DNA from: Candidatus Zixiibacteriota bacterium
GTDB lineage: Bacteria > Zixibacteria > MSB-5A5 > GN15 > FEB-12
Assembly: GCA_041742355.1 (NCBI GenBank)
Contig: JBGSIV010000196.1
Location: 1-39,586, forward strand
DNA: 39,586 bases
Direction of reading: 5' to 3'
The position numbers and the translations under genes are program-made. The notes below the pieces were generated by a model. It was not told where the DNA came from. It saw nothing but the letters and a program-made list of their open reading frames with translations, and made no database searches. Below are positions 1 through 9,209 of this stretch, one piece after another (within the stretch, counting starts at the first letter, position 1; each line of letters opens with the position of its first letter).

Positions 1-400
1 CGTCATCATCGTCGTCGTCGGATCGCCGCGAACGGCGGCGGCCGTCGTCTTCGCGCTCAGCCACAGGCTCGCGCAGTTCGCCCGGTTCGGGCCGGCGTGA
101 TGCCGCCTCGAGATCCCCTTCGAACAGCAGTGTCAGGTTGCGCATGTACGCCTCGTTGATGCGGAAGAACCGCTCCAACTCCGGCAGCACCTCCTGCGGC
201 GCCTCGAAGATGAACGAATGGTAGTACCCCTGGGTGAGCTTATTGATCGGGTACGCCAGACGGCGCGTGCCCATGCGCTCCTCCCGGAGGACTTTCCCGC
301 CGTAGCGGGTGATCAGTTCGGAAATGGCCACCACCTGAGAATCGATCGTGGCATCATCTGTCTGGGGGTTGACAATAAATGTCGTCTCGTAAACGCGCAT
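1..400 (-). CDS. rpsF: 30S ribosomal protein S6 (3' end runs off the window)
   Basis: Not in the ORF track; translated manually from ATG at 400: MRVYETTFIVNPQTDDATIDSQ...EERMGTRRLAYPINKLTQGYY...RINEAYMRNL, a typical S6 signature (YE..., G-RRLAYPI). GGGAG RBS upstream; charged, Asp-rich C-terminal extension. Confidence 0.95.
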   Translation of the reverse strand, partial: MRVYETTFIVNPQTDDATIDSQVVAISELITRYGGKVLREERMGTRRLAYPINKLTQGYYHSFIFEAPQEVLPELERFFRINEAYMRNLTLLFEGDLEAASRRPEPGELREPVAEREDDGRRRSRRSDDDDDD

Positions 401-407
401 TCACTAT

Positions 408-481
408 CTCCCTTCGGTCGTTAGTTAAATGGTTCAACAAACGGCTCGGCGAGTCGCCGGGAGGCGACCTACCGGGCAGGG
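408..481 (-). promoter_or_regulatory. Putative rpsF leader (S6:S18-binding autoregulatory RNA motif)
   Basis: mRNA reads CCCUGC-CCGG..[GUCGCC-UCCC-GGCGAC hairpin]..CCGA-GCCG...GACC-GAAGGGAG. This resembles the S6:S18 leader layout (CCCU pairing with the SD, hairpin followed by CCG). Confidence 0.55.
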
Positions 482-1044
482 TTCGCGTTAAATGTACTCA
501 TCGCTTCATCGAAACGATGATCTATGGTAAAGACAACCGCTTCAGCAGCGGTTCCAATCATAGCCGAAACAGCTTCGCTTTCGCTTTTTTCAAACGGCGC
601 CAGGACAAAATCGGCCGGATCGATACCAGCGGGCGCCGGGCCGATGCCCAGCCGAAGCCGGGGGAAACTCTCGGTGCCGATCGTCTCGATAATCGACGCC
701 AGCCCGTTGTGCCCGCCGTCGCTGCCGGTTTTGCGGAGGCGCAGGCGGCCCAGAGGGAGGGCGAAATCATCGACCACAACCAGCATCTCTCGCGGCGAAA
801 GCGAATAGAGTTGTAAAAGAGCTTCGACCGCCAAGCCGGACAGGTTCATGTACGTCGTCGGCCAAGCCAGAATAATCCGGCGGTCATTGCGGCTGACTTC
901 CGCACGCTCGTCGAACCGGGTCGATACCGGCTTCGGCGCTTTGAGCACCGCGGCAGCCCGGTCCAGAGTGTCGAATCCGACATTGTGGCGGGTGCCCCGG
1001 TAGCGTCGGCCGATATTCCCAAGTCCAACAACGAGCGAAATCAT
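469..1044 (-). CDS. pth: Peptidyl-tRNA hydrolase
   Basis: MISLVVGLGNIG..Y..TRHNVGF, PTTYMNLSG, GGHNGL, RLRLGIG motifs. Start trimmed to ATG at 1044. Confidence 0.96.
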   Translation of the reverse strand: MISLVVGLGNIGRRYRGTRHNVGFDTLDRAAAVLKAPKPVSTRFDERAEVSRNDRRIILAWPTTYMNLSGLAVEALLQLYSLSPREMLVVVDDFALPLGRLRLRKTGSDGGHNGLASIIETIGTESFPRLRLGIGPAPAGIDPADFVLAPFEKSESEAVSAMIGTAAEAVVFTIDHRFDEAMSTFNANPAR

Positions 1045-1243
1045 AGTCAGCCGTTTTCCGGCACAGCGGGTAAGTATAGCGTATGGCGGGTGAAAGTCAA
1101 CACCTTCCGTACAACTCATGGGGAACGTATGTGATAGCTGCGCCCCTTCCCCGCCATAAGGCAATGAATGACAATGGATTATAGCGGTGGAGCTACGGAT
1201 GATTTTGCAGAAACCTTTACCGAGAAAATGCCAATTTTGGCAG

Positions 1244-2188
1244 CTAGTCCAAATATAGGTCACTATCAGTTATAAACCACTCCGGCCTTATCACTGGCGC
1301 GTCATTAGGGTCCATTTCTAGAGCGATGCTTAGTGCCGAACATGCAAGGGTGGCAGTCTCAAACTTCAGATCAGTTAAGTCAGCCAGTATCTCCGAATTA
1401 ACGGCCTTGCCTCCATGAACAGTGATCGCATTTCTCGCACGAATAATGCGTCCCGCGATATCATCATCGCACTTGAGAACATCTCTCAGGAGTGCTTTGA
1501 GGGAGGCCATTGCACCAGCATCTCGCCTTCGTTTTTCACCACACTTGCCGCAAACGTCCATGACCACAGGCAGAGGGTGTACGAGACGCTTGGAGAGTAT
1601 CTCTAGACACGTGACTAACGCGTTAAAAGTGTTTATCGAATCCTGCTGCGCCAGCCCTCTTCGGAACCAGAACAGCGCATTAAACACCGATTCGTCGATC
1701 AACGGAAGCACTCCGGATGTGAATGCCACCGGAAAATCGAGGTTCCGAGTGCTCTCGCCAGTCCGATTTGAAGGACGAATGGTTTTCGTACCACCTCCTT
1801 CGTGCAAGATGGTGAATTGCAGGTGCAGTCCCCTAAGTTGGATCCCTAATGCGAAACTCAGTAGTCCAAGAAATCGCTCAAGAAGCAACCGGCTTATGTT
1901 GCTCAGCGACCGGTGAAGGTGATTGCCGTCAGTGTCTTCGTCGATTTCAAAACCTATAGACACCAACACACCGGGACACCCTTCTTTGTTCTTAACGGAT
2001 TCGAAGACCGCGTCGCTGACGTGGGTTTCACAACAGCGTGCAATCTTGCGAAGGACAGGGATTTCTCTTTCTTGAAAGATGAAGTCGGAAACTATAAACT
2101 GAGCGACTGCTGCCTTCGTGTGAGGCGCGTTAGAGAAACTCATCTCGGGTACTTTCAAGAATTGGAACCCGCCAAACAACTGATTCAC
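1244..2188 (-). CDS. Hypothetical protein with C-terminal HEPN-like (ApeA/MauJ-like) domain
   Basis: 314 aa; GTG start with GGAGAG RBS; 'ALFWFRRG...F.AL..CLEILS', a CxxC (CGKC) and an Rx5H motif (RNAITVH). Visibly lower GC than the flanks. Confidence 0.6.
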   Translation of the reverse strand: MNQLFGGFQFLKVPEMSFSNAPHTKAAVAQFIVSDFIFQEREIPVLRKIARCCETHVSDAVFESVKNKEGCPGVLVSIGFEIDEDTDGNHLHRSLSNISRLLLERFLGLLSFALGIQLRGLHLQFTILHEGGGTKTIRPSNRTGESTRNLDFPVAFTSGVLPLIDESVFNALFWFRRGLAQQDSINTFNALVTCLEILSKRLVHPLPVVMDVCGKCGEKRRRDAGAMASLKALLRDVLKCDDDIAGRIIRARNAITVHGGKAVNSEILADLTDLKFETATLACSALSIALEMDPNDAPVIRPEWFITDSDLYLD

Positions 2189-2300
2189 CTGATGCTCTCC
2201 TCGACCTGCTCAAACCGATTTTGGATTCACTGAATATGAGTGGAGACGGGACGGAGTGCAATGCGAAACATGACGACAATGGGTTACCGTCGGCGTTGCC

Positions 2301-3956
2301 CTACCCCCGGCCGGTGCGGATAATCCGCCAGGCGAGGTACAGGCCGAGTCCTGCGGCCACGATCAGCCCGCCGGCGAATACTATTCCCAGCCAGTGATCG
2401 GTCCCACCGGGATGGTAGACAAGCATCAGCACCGACAGCCCGATAATGAACGCGGCTGTTATCACCCCGAGTACTATACGGTTAGCCAGGCGTTCGAGCC
2501 GATCTCCCAGTGGATCGAGGCTCTCCCTCCGTATCCCGAACTCGAAGCCTCCCCGGTCGAGGGTCTTCAGAATCCGGTGGATCCGGCGGGGGAGTTCGGC
2601 TGCCAGACGGTCGGCATCGAGCATCGTTCGACCGGCCCGTTTGGCCCATGCGACAGGGGAGTAGCGCCGCAGTAAAATCCTTTCGCCCAATGGCTTAAGC
2701 GTCGGTGCGACATTGAACTCGGGATCCAGCCGCAACCCCAGGCCTTCGCTCACAATGAGCGCCCGGAACATGAGCGCCAGGCTCGATGGCAACTGCAGCC
2801 GATGGCGCCGTACCGCCGCCAGTGCTTCATCCAGCAGTGGCCCCAATGGTACTTCGCCCAGTGGACGGTCATAGTACCGCACCAACAGCCGCTCAATATC
2901 CCGCTTCAGTCCCTCCCGGTTGACCTTTCCCCGGCCCGTGCTCAGGTCGAGCACCGCATCGACGAGCCGCTCCGGATCACGGTCCACAAGCGCGTCGAGC
3001 AGGGCGGCCAGTCGCTCCCGCGCTTCTTCGTCGATCCGCCCGACCATGCCGAAGTCGATCAGCCCGATCCGTCCTCCCGGTTCGACGAGGATATTTCCCG
3101 GGTGCAGATCGGCGTGGAAAAACCCATCTTCGAGAATCATCTTCAGCAGCACACGGGCGACCCGTCGGGCCAGCACGGCCCGGTCAATCCCGGCGGCGTC
3201 GAGCGCCGCGAGGTCATCGATCTTGATTCCGCGAATCCGTTCGAGCGTCAGGATCGACGCGGTGGAACGTTCCCATATCACCCGGGGGATGTGCACCTCG
3301 GGGTCACCTGCGAAGTTCGCCGCAAACCGCTCGGCGTTACGTCCCTCCCGCAGGTAATCCAGCTCACCCCGAAGCGTTTCGGCGAATTCGTCGGCCAGTC
3401 CGACCAGATCATACTGCTCCGCCGGGGGCCACCGCCGGCTTGCCACCATCGACAGGTTGCGGACGATCTCGATGTCTTCGGTTACCTGCTCGACCACTCC
3501 CGGCCGACGGACCTTTACTACCACCTCGGTCCCATCCGGGAGCATTGCCGCATGAACCTGCCCGATCGAGGCTGCCGCGATGGGCGCCGTTTCGAATGAG
3601 GCGAAAGACTCCGCGACCGGCGCTCCGAGTTCCTCGGCGATCAGGCACTCGGCCGAATCGCGCGGAATCGGCTGGGCGTCATCCTGGAGTTTGGTCAGTT
3701 CGCGGAGATAATCGGGGGGGAGAAGGTCGGGGCGGGTTGACAGAATCTGCCCGAGCTTGATGAAGGTGGCGCCGAGATCCTCGATCGCGAGCCGCATGTG
3801 CTCGGCCGGCGATATCCTCTCCTCGCGGTGGCCCTGACCGAACACACTCCGGGGAAACGGGACAAACCGCTCGAGTCCGAACACGCCGACGAGGTAGTTC
3901 AGGCCGTGGCGGACCAGGGCTGTCGCAATTTGCCGATATCGCTTGAGATGTCCCAT
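2301..3956 (-). CDS. ABC1/AarF/UbiB family atypical kinase
   Basis: LGATFIKLGQILSTRPD, PIAAASIGQVH, VVKVRRP, FFHADLHPGN, LIDFGMVG motifs; two C-terminal TM helices. Start trimmed to MGHLKRY (3956). Confidence 0.92.
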   Translation of the reverse strand: MGHLKRYRQIATALVRHGLNYLVGVFGLERFVPFPRSVFGQGHREERISPAEHMRLAIEDLGATFIKLGQILSTRPDLLPPDYLRELTKLQDDAQPIPRDSAECLIAEELGAPVAESFASFETAPIAAASIGQVHAAMLPDGTEVVVKVRRPGVVEQVTEDIEIVRNLSMVASRRWPPAEQYDLVGLADEFAETLRGELDYLREGRNAERFAANFAGDPEVHIPRVIWERSTASILTLERIRGIKIDDLAALDAAGIDRAVLARRVARVLLKMILEDGFFHADLHPGNILVEPGGRIGLIDFGMVGRIDEEARERLAALLDALVDRDPERLVDAVLDLSTGRGKVNREGLKRDIERLLVRYYDRPLGEVPLGPLLDEALAAVRRHRLQLPSSLALMFRALIVSEGLGLRLDPEFNVAPTLKPLGERILLRRYSPVAWAKRAGRTMLDADRLAAELPRRIHRILKTLDRGGFEFGIRRESLDPLGDRLERLANRIVLGVITAAFIIGLSVLMLVYHPGGTDHWLGIVFAGGLIVAAGLGLYLAWRIIRTGRG

Positions 3957-4235
3957 TCGCTGCCAATCTCCATTGTGAGGGCACGATGTCCGATACGCCT
4001 GTCCCTCTTGATACGACGCCGGGGGGATTCGGATCCGCGGCATTCTGCCCATGAGGCGCCCGGTCCAGACAGCGGCGGCCTCACCGAATTCTACAGGTGC
4101 GTTGCAGGCGGTGTCAACTTTGATATATGGGCGATGGCAGCGGGGTACTGTACGGGGAGACCTTGTCATGGTCTCCTGAGCACACCGCAGCGGTACGCCG
4201 GCCCGCGCCGGGGAAGGACCGTCGGTGCCCGCGTA

Positions 4236-4937
4236 TCAGGCCAGGTCGAAGAACAGGAAGTCGGCTGCGCGAAGGCCGGTAAACAGCACCTCCCGTTCGT
4301 CACTGATCGCCGCGCCGTCGCCAGCCGAAAGCGGCTGTCCATTGACCGCCACCTCTCCGGAAATCACTTGCACCCAGCCGTGGCGGCCTTCGGCGAGGTC
4401 GGCTTTGGTCGTTTTGCCCTCGTCGAGGCGGCAGGTGTAGAGCTTTGCGTCCTGATTGATCCGGACGTTGCGGCTGTCTGGCTCATTGGGTGAGCCGACC
4501 AGGAGCAGTTCATTCTGCCGCGACAGCTCGTCGATCCTGATCTGCTGGTAATCGGGCGGCAGTCCCTTCTGGCTCGGGATGATCCAGATCTGGAGGAAGT
4601 GGGTCACCCTGTCCTCGGCGTTGTTCCGTTCGCTGTGCATGATTCCCCGCCCGGCCGACATCTTCTGCACTTCGCCGGGCCGGATCACCGAGCCGGTTCC
4701 CATACTGTCTTTGTGCGACAGCTCGCCGTCGATGACGTACGAGATGATCTCCATGTCCCGGTGGCCGTGGGTCGGGAATTCGGTTCCCGGCTGTACGCGA
4801 TCCTCGTTGATGACCCGAAGCGACCGGAAGCCCAAGAACATCGGGTCATAGTATTCGTTGAATGAGAAGGTGTGGTAGGTGTTGAGCCAGCCGTAGTCGA
4901 AGTGGCCCCGTTCGTTCGCTTTGCGCACCGCGATCAT
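4236..4937 (-). CDS. Pirin family protein (YhhW-like)
   Basis: GWLNTYHTFSF..YYDP..GF..LRVINED, FPTHGHRDMEI, MSAG.GI.HSE, FLQIWI motifs. Confidence 0.95.
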   Translation of the reverse strand: MIAVRKANERGHFDYGWLNTYHTFSFNEYYDPMFLGFRSLRVINEDRVQPGTEFPTHGHRDMEIISYVIDGELSHKDSMGTGSVIRPGEVQKMSAGRGIMHSERNNAEDRVTHFLQIWIIPSQKGLPPDYQQIRIDELSRQNELLLVGSPNEPDSRNVRINQDAKLYTCRLDEGKTTKADLAEGRHGWVQVISGEVAVNGQPLSAGDGAAISDEREVLFTGLRAADFLFFDLA

Positions 4938-5115
4938 GGTGTCAAGCCTTCCTTTCTGGTCCGGTTAAAGAACATTGTCTTTCCGAAACAAGGAAGGCGG
5001 GCTTCAGGTTTCCCGGCCGGGAAGTGCTGCCCGGCAGGTTCCGGTTGCCCTCATTCGCCGCCTCTGCTATCTTGAGCCAAAACATACCCGTGCAATAGGC
5101 GAACGAACAACTGCG

Positions 5116-6312
5116 ATGACTACCAGGGATCCACACGACCAGATCGTCCACAAACTGCGCGAACGCGTCAAGGAACTGACGGCACTCCACAGCACCGCCC
5201 GGATACTCCAGGACGATTCCCGTCCGCTTCCGGCCGCGCTTGCAGAGATTGTCGCGTTGTTGCCCGGCGCCTGGCAGTATCCGGAGGTCACATCTGCGAG
5301 AATTCATCTGGGAACGGCCGCGTATGCTTCCGCCGATTTTGCCGAGTCTCCCTGGATGCAGAGCGCCACGTTTCCAACCCGGGCAGGTGAGACCGGCCGC
5401 ATCGATATCGCCTACCGGGAATTTCGCCCTGCGGAATCGGAGGGGCCCTTTCTGGCCGAGGAGCGGGAGTTAATCGACTCGATCGCGGATATGCTGCGCT
5501 CACACATCCAGCGGCGGCACGCGATCGAGGATTTGCAGGCGGCACAGGCCGGGCTCGAGAAGACGGTCTCACAACGTACGGCCGCCCTGCAGGCGCAGAT
5601 CGAGCAGTACCGTCAGGCTCAGGTGGAGATCGTCCGGTACCAGGCGCAACTCCGGCGGCTGGCTTCCGAGCTGTCCCTGTCCGAGGAGCGCCACCGACGG
5701 CGCATAGCGACCGATCTCCACGACCATATCGGCCAGGCGCTCGCGCTCATCCGTATGCGCGTGGCGCAGTTCCGTGGGAACAGCGTCTTTTCCGGCCTCT
5801 ACGACAACCTGAGCGAAGTCCTCACCCTGCTCGATGAGACTATTGCGTACACCCGCACCCTTACGTTCCAGATCAGTCCGCCGGTGCTGTACGAACTCGG
5901 CCTGGAATCGGCCCTTGAGTGGCTGGCCGAGCAGTCCCAGAAGCGATTTGGATTCAGCGTGACCGTTCACATCGCGTCTCCCGCCGGTCAACTCGACGAC
6001 GATCTGCGGGTCCTGCTTTTCCAGGCCGCCCAGGAGCTGCTTCTCAATGCGGCCAAACACGCCTCGGCCCACTGCGTCGATATCGAGCTTCAGCGACACG
6101 TGGACCGTCTCACTCTGGTCGTAAGCGACGATGGATCCGGTTTCGACGCTGCCTGCCTGATGACTCGATCCGGCGACGCCGAAGGCTTCGGGCTGTTCAG
6201 CATCCGCGAACGCCTCAGTTGCCTGAGCGGAACGATGGCTGTCGAGTCCGCTTCCGGCCGGGGCACCACTATCCGGATCGACGTGCCGGCAGGCACACTG
6301 GCAGGAGGGTGA
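5116..6312 (+). CDS. Cytoplasmic sensor histidine kinase (GAF-like N-terminus, HisKA_3 + HATPase)
   Basis: ERHRRRIATDLHDHIGQ H-box, ELLLNAAKH N-box, DDGSGFD, GFGL, G.GT. No TM segment. Start at MTTRD (5116) is inferred. Confidence 0.9.
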   Translation: MTTRDPHDQIVHKLRERVKELTALHSTARILQDDSRPLPAALAEIVALLPGAWQYPEVTSARIHLGTAAYASADFAESPWMQSATFPTRAGETGRIDIAYREFRPAESEGPFLAEERELIDSIADMLRSHIQRRHAIEDLQAAQAGLEKTVSQRTAALQAQIEQYRQAQVEIVRYQAQLRRLASELSLSEERHRRRIATDLHDHIGQALALIRMRVAQFRGNSVFSGLYDNLSEVLTLLDETIAYTRTLTFQISPPVLYELGLESALEWLAEQSQKRFGFSVTVHIASPAGQLDDDLRVLLFQAAQELLLNAAKHASAHCVDIELQRHVDRLTLVVSDDGSGFDAACLMTRSGDAEGFGLFSIRERLSCLSGTMAVESASGRGTTIRIDVPAGTLAGG

Positions 6313-6313
6313 T

Positions 6314-6964
6314 ATGCCGATTCGTATGCTGCTGGCCGATGATCACAAGCTCTTCCGCGATGGACTGCGCACGCTTTTCGGCAACCTGAAGGATGTTGTC
6401 ATTGCCGGCGAAGCCAGCTCCGGTTCGGAGGCTCTTCGGCTTGCCCGGGAGCTCGCTCCAGACATCATTCTCATGGACATTTCGATGCCTGACCTCAATG
6501 GTATCGAGGTGACGCGGCAGGTCCTGGCCGAACGCCCGTCGATCAAAATCATCATCCTCTCCATGCATTCCGACCGCCGCTATGTCGCTGAGGCTCTCCG
6601 CGCCGGGGCGGCAGGATACCTGCTCAAGGACTCCGCCTTCGAAGAGCTTGTTGATGCTATCCGCGACGTCCTTCAGGGTCGCATCCGGCTGAGCGATCGC
6701 ATCACGAACATCGTCGTCAACGACTATGTCAAACTGTCCACGGGCGAGCAACCCACCGCCTTCACGCTCCTCAGCGCCCGCGAACGGGAGGTGCTGCAGT
6801 TGCTGGCGGAAGGGAAGTCGACGAAGGAAATGGCCACTCGCCTCAATATCTCCGTCAAGACCGTCGAAACCCATCGCAAGCAGATTATGGATAAGCTCGA
6901 TATTCGCTCGGTGGCCGAACTGACCAAGTACGCCGTGCGCGAGGGACTTACCCCGCTCGAGTGA
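6314..6964 (+). CDS. NarL/FixJ-family response regulator (REC + LuxR HTH)
   Basis: LADDH, MDISMP, GYLLK; C-terminal LSAREREVLQLLAEG...SVKTVETHR HTH. Starts 1 nt after the kinase stop. Confidence 0.95.
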   Translation: MPIRMLLADDHKLFRDGLRTLFGNLKDVVIAGEASSGSEALRLARELAPDIILMDISMPDLNGIEVTRQVLAERPSIKIIILSMHSDRRYVAEALRAGAAGYLLKDSAFEELVDAIRDVLQGRIRLSDRITNIVVNDYVKLSTGEQPTAFTLLSAREREVLQLLAEGKSTKEMATRLNISVKTVETHRKQIMDKLDIRSVAELTKYAVREGLTPLE

Positions 6965-6999
6965 TCTCTCTGCCGGGCCATCAGGGATAACGCCGCCCA

Positions 7000-7020
7000 C
7001 AATCAGGGTTTCCCTGATTG
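7000..7020. promoter_or_regulatory. Palindromic operator candidate upstream of amtB
   Basis: Perfect inverted repeat CAATCAGGG-TTT-CCCTGATTG, plus an extra half-site ATCAGGGA at 6980-6987. Confidence 0.6.
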
Positions 7021-7104
7021 TCTATCTCCTCAACTTTCCTCTCCTTAATGTAGATTAAACAGGCGACGTCCGGTCGCCGTGTCCACACAACAAGGAGTCG
7101 CTGC

Positions 7105-8334
7105 ATGTTCGACACCGGAAATACCGGCTTTATGCTGGTGGCCACCAGCCTGGTGATGCTCATGACACCGGGCCTGGCCTTTTTCTACGGCGGACTGGTT
7201 GGCCGGAAGAATGTTCTGGCCATCATGATCCAGAGCTTTGTTTCCATGGGGCTCACCACCGTCATCTGGTGGGCTGTCGGTTTTTCGCTCTGCTTTAGCG
7301 GGGGAGAGGGGGGCATCATCGGTAACCTTGATTGGGCCTTCCTGCAGGGTATCGACCCGATGACCCCGTACGGCGTGGGCAAAATTCCCCTGCTGGTCTT
7401 CATCGCGTACCAGATGATGTTCGCCATCATCACCCCCGCCCTCATCAGTGGCGCGTTTTCCAATCGGGTGCGCTTTCCCGCCTATCTGCTGTTCCTGAGC
7501 GCGTGGCTGATTCTGGTGTATTTCCCGTTCGTCCACATGATTTGGGGCGGCGGTCTGTTGGCTAAGTGGGGCGTGCTCGATTTCGCCGGCGGTATTGCCG
7601 TGCACAACATCGCGGGCATGGCGGCGCTCGCGTCGGTGCTGTTTGTCGGTCGACGGCGGGTCGCCGATGCTGTGCCGCACAGCATTCCGCTGGTGGCGCT
7701 GGGCACCGGATTGCTCTGGTTCGGCTGGTATGGCTTTAACGCCGGCAGCGAGTTGCAAGTCGACTCGATCACGGCGCTCGCTTTCCTGAACACCGATATC
7801 GCCGCTTCCTTTGCGGCTATCACCTGGATGCTGCTGGCCTGGAGCCTTGAGAAGAAGCCCAAATTTGTCGGATTGCTCACCGGGGCAGTGGCAGGTCTCG
7901 CGACGATCACTCCGGCTGCGGGTTACGTTTCGACAACTAGTGCGGCACTGATTGGCATTACCGCGGGCCTTGTCTGTTACGCCGCGGTCAACCTGAAAAA
8001 CAAGCTCCGCTGGGATGACGCTCTCGATGTCTGGGGAGTGCACGGCGTCGGCGGAGCGCTGGGTGTCGTCATGCTCGGGTTGTTCGGCACCCTTTCGGTC
8101 AATCCGGCCGGCGCGAACGGTCTTTTCAACGGGGGCGGCGACTTCTTCGTCAAGCAGCTTGTGGCCATTGTCGTGTCATCGATTTACGCTTTCGCATTCA
8201 CCTACGGCATGCTCTGGGTGATCAACAAGGTAACGAAGGTACGCACGACCGAATCCGAGGAAGCCATGCTCGATATGACTCTGCATGGCGAAGAGGCCTA
8301 CTATGACACGACCGCGAGCGGCCGAAGCCTCTAA
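7105..8334 (+). CDS. amtB: Ammonium transporter (Amt family)
   Basis: MTPGLAFFYGG, YQMMFAIITPAL, DFAGGIAVH, WFGWYGFNAGS, DDALDVWGVH (both pore histidines present); AAGGAG RBS. Confidence 0.97.
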   Translation: MFDTGNTGFMLVATSLVMLMTPGLAFFYGGLVGRKNVLAIMIQSFVSMGLTTVIWWAVGFSLCFSGGEGGIIGNLDWAFLQGIDPMTPYGVGKIPLLVFIAYQMMFAIITPALISGAFSNRVRFPAYLLFLSAWLILVYFPFVHMIWGGGLLAKWGVLDFAGGIAVHNIAGMAALASVLFVGRRRVADAVPHSIPLVALGTGLLWFGWYGFNAGSELQVDSITALAFLNTDIAASFAAITWMLLAWSLEKKPKFVGLLTGAVAGLATITPAAGYVSTTSAALIGITAGLVCYAAVNLKNKLRWDDALDVWGVHGVGGALGVVMLGLFGTLSVNPAGANGLFNGGGDFFVKQLVAIVVSSIYAFAFTYGMLWVINKVTKVRTTESEEAMLDMTLHGEEAYYDTTASGRSL

Positions 8335-8367
8335 CGACCTCAACACTCGAAGGACAAGGAAGACACC

Positions 8368-9093
8368 ATGAAGTACTTCGCCGTATGCCTGCTGCTGGTC
8401 GCGGCGCTGCCGTTGTGGGGCGCTTGGGCCCAGCAGCCCGTGACCGCAGATGCATCGGTTGATTTCGTCAGCCGGTATGTCTGGCGCGGCCTCGACATCG
8501 GCAACACCGCGAGCCTCCAGCCGACTGTGGCCGTCAACTACTCCGGCGCTCAATTTGGCGCCTGGGGAGCCTACACTATGTTCAGCGATCATTCCGATGT
8601 CGATGAAATCGACCTCTGGCTCAGTTATACCCATGCCATCGAAAACAAGGTGACCCTCACGGCCCTGGTCACCGACTACTACTTCCCCAACAAAGGGGTG
8701 CGGTTCTTCAATTTCAACGACTATGACGATCCCTCGGGCGCGGGCGCTCACACCTTGGAAGTCGGCGGAACGATCGGCGGACCGGAGAAGTTCCCGCTCT
8801 CCTTCTCAGGATTCGTCAATGTGTACAACGATGCCGGCAACAACACCTACTTTCAGCTCGATGCGTCTTTCGCGCTTGACGCGACCACTCTCGACCTGTT
8901 TGTCGGGGCCGCCGGCGGCAGCAAGGAGAACCCTGCCTACTACGGTACTGACGATCTGGAAGTGATTAACCTGGGCGTGACGGCGGGGCGGGAGATCAGG
9001 GTGAGCGAGAGTTTTACGATTCCGCTGAGCGTCTCGTTTATTCTGAATCCCGAAGCTGAGATCGCCTATCTGGTGGCGGGCATCAGCCTTTAG
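8368..9093 (+). CDS. Putative outer-membrane beta-barrel protein (TorF/Gcw_chp-like)
   Basis: Signal peptide, then 'DFVSRYVWRG...SLQP' and 'EIDLWLSY', alternating beta-strand pattern; directly follows amtB. Confidence 0.7.
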   Translation: MKYFAVCLLLVAALPLWGAWAQQPVTADASVDFVSRYVWRGLDIGNTASLQPTVAVNYSGAQFGAWGAYTMFSDHSDVDEIDLWLSYTHAIENKVTLTALVTDYYFPNKGVRFFNFNDYDDPSGAGAHTLEVGGTIGGPEKFPLSFSGFVNVYNDAGNNTYFQLDASFALDATTLDLFVGAAGGSKENPAYYGTDDLEVINLGVTAGREIRVSESFTIPLSVSFILNPEAEIAYLVAGISL

Positions 9094-9158
9094 AGAGAGG
9101 GTTAGTTCCCCGTTATGGGCATACCGTCCTCCCCTCGGACGATCGGCCTCCTCAAAAC

Positions 9159-9189
9159 GGCAACGGCTTCCCCATGGGAAGCCGTTGCC
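9159..9189. terminator. Strong hairpin between convergent genes (probable terminator)
   Basis: 14-bp stem GGCAACGGCTTCCC-CAT-GGGAAGCCGTTGCC; no clear U tract. Confidence 0.6.
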
Positions 9190-9209
9190 ATATGATCTGT
9201 CCCTCCCTC

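Noticed and set aside
3957..4235. N-terminal extension of the ABC1 kinase, or an ncRNA in this gap
   Set aside because: The extension is not kinase-like; only one short hairpin (GGAGACC-N7-GGTCTCC, about 4156-4176) is present, too little to call an RNA.
7045..8043. 332-aa minus-strand ORF, and similar long antisense ORFs over ABC1, copA, DUF2723 and DUF4175
   Set aside because: All are antisense to well-supported genes and have no recognisable features.
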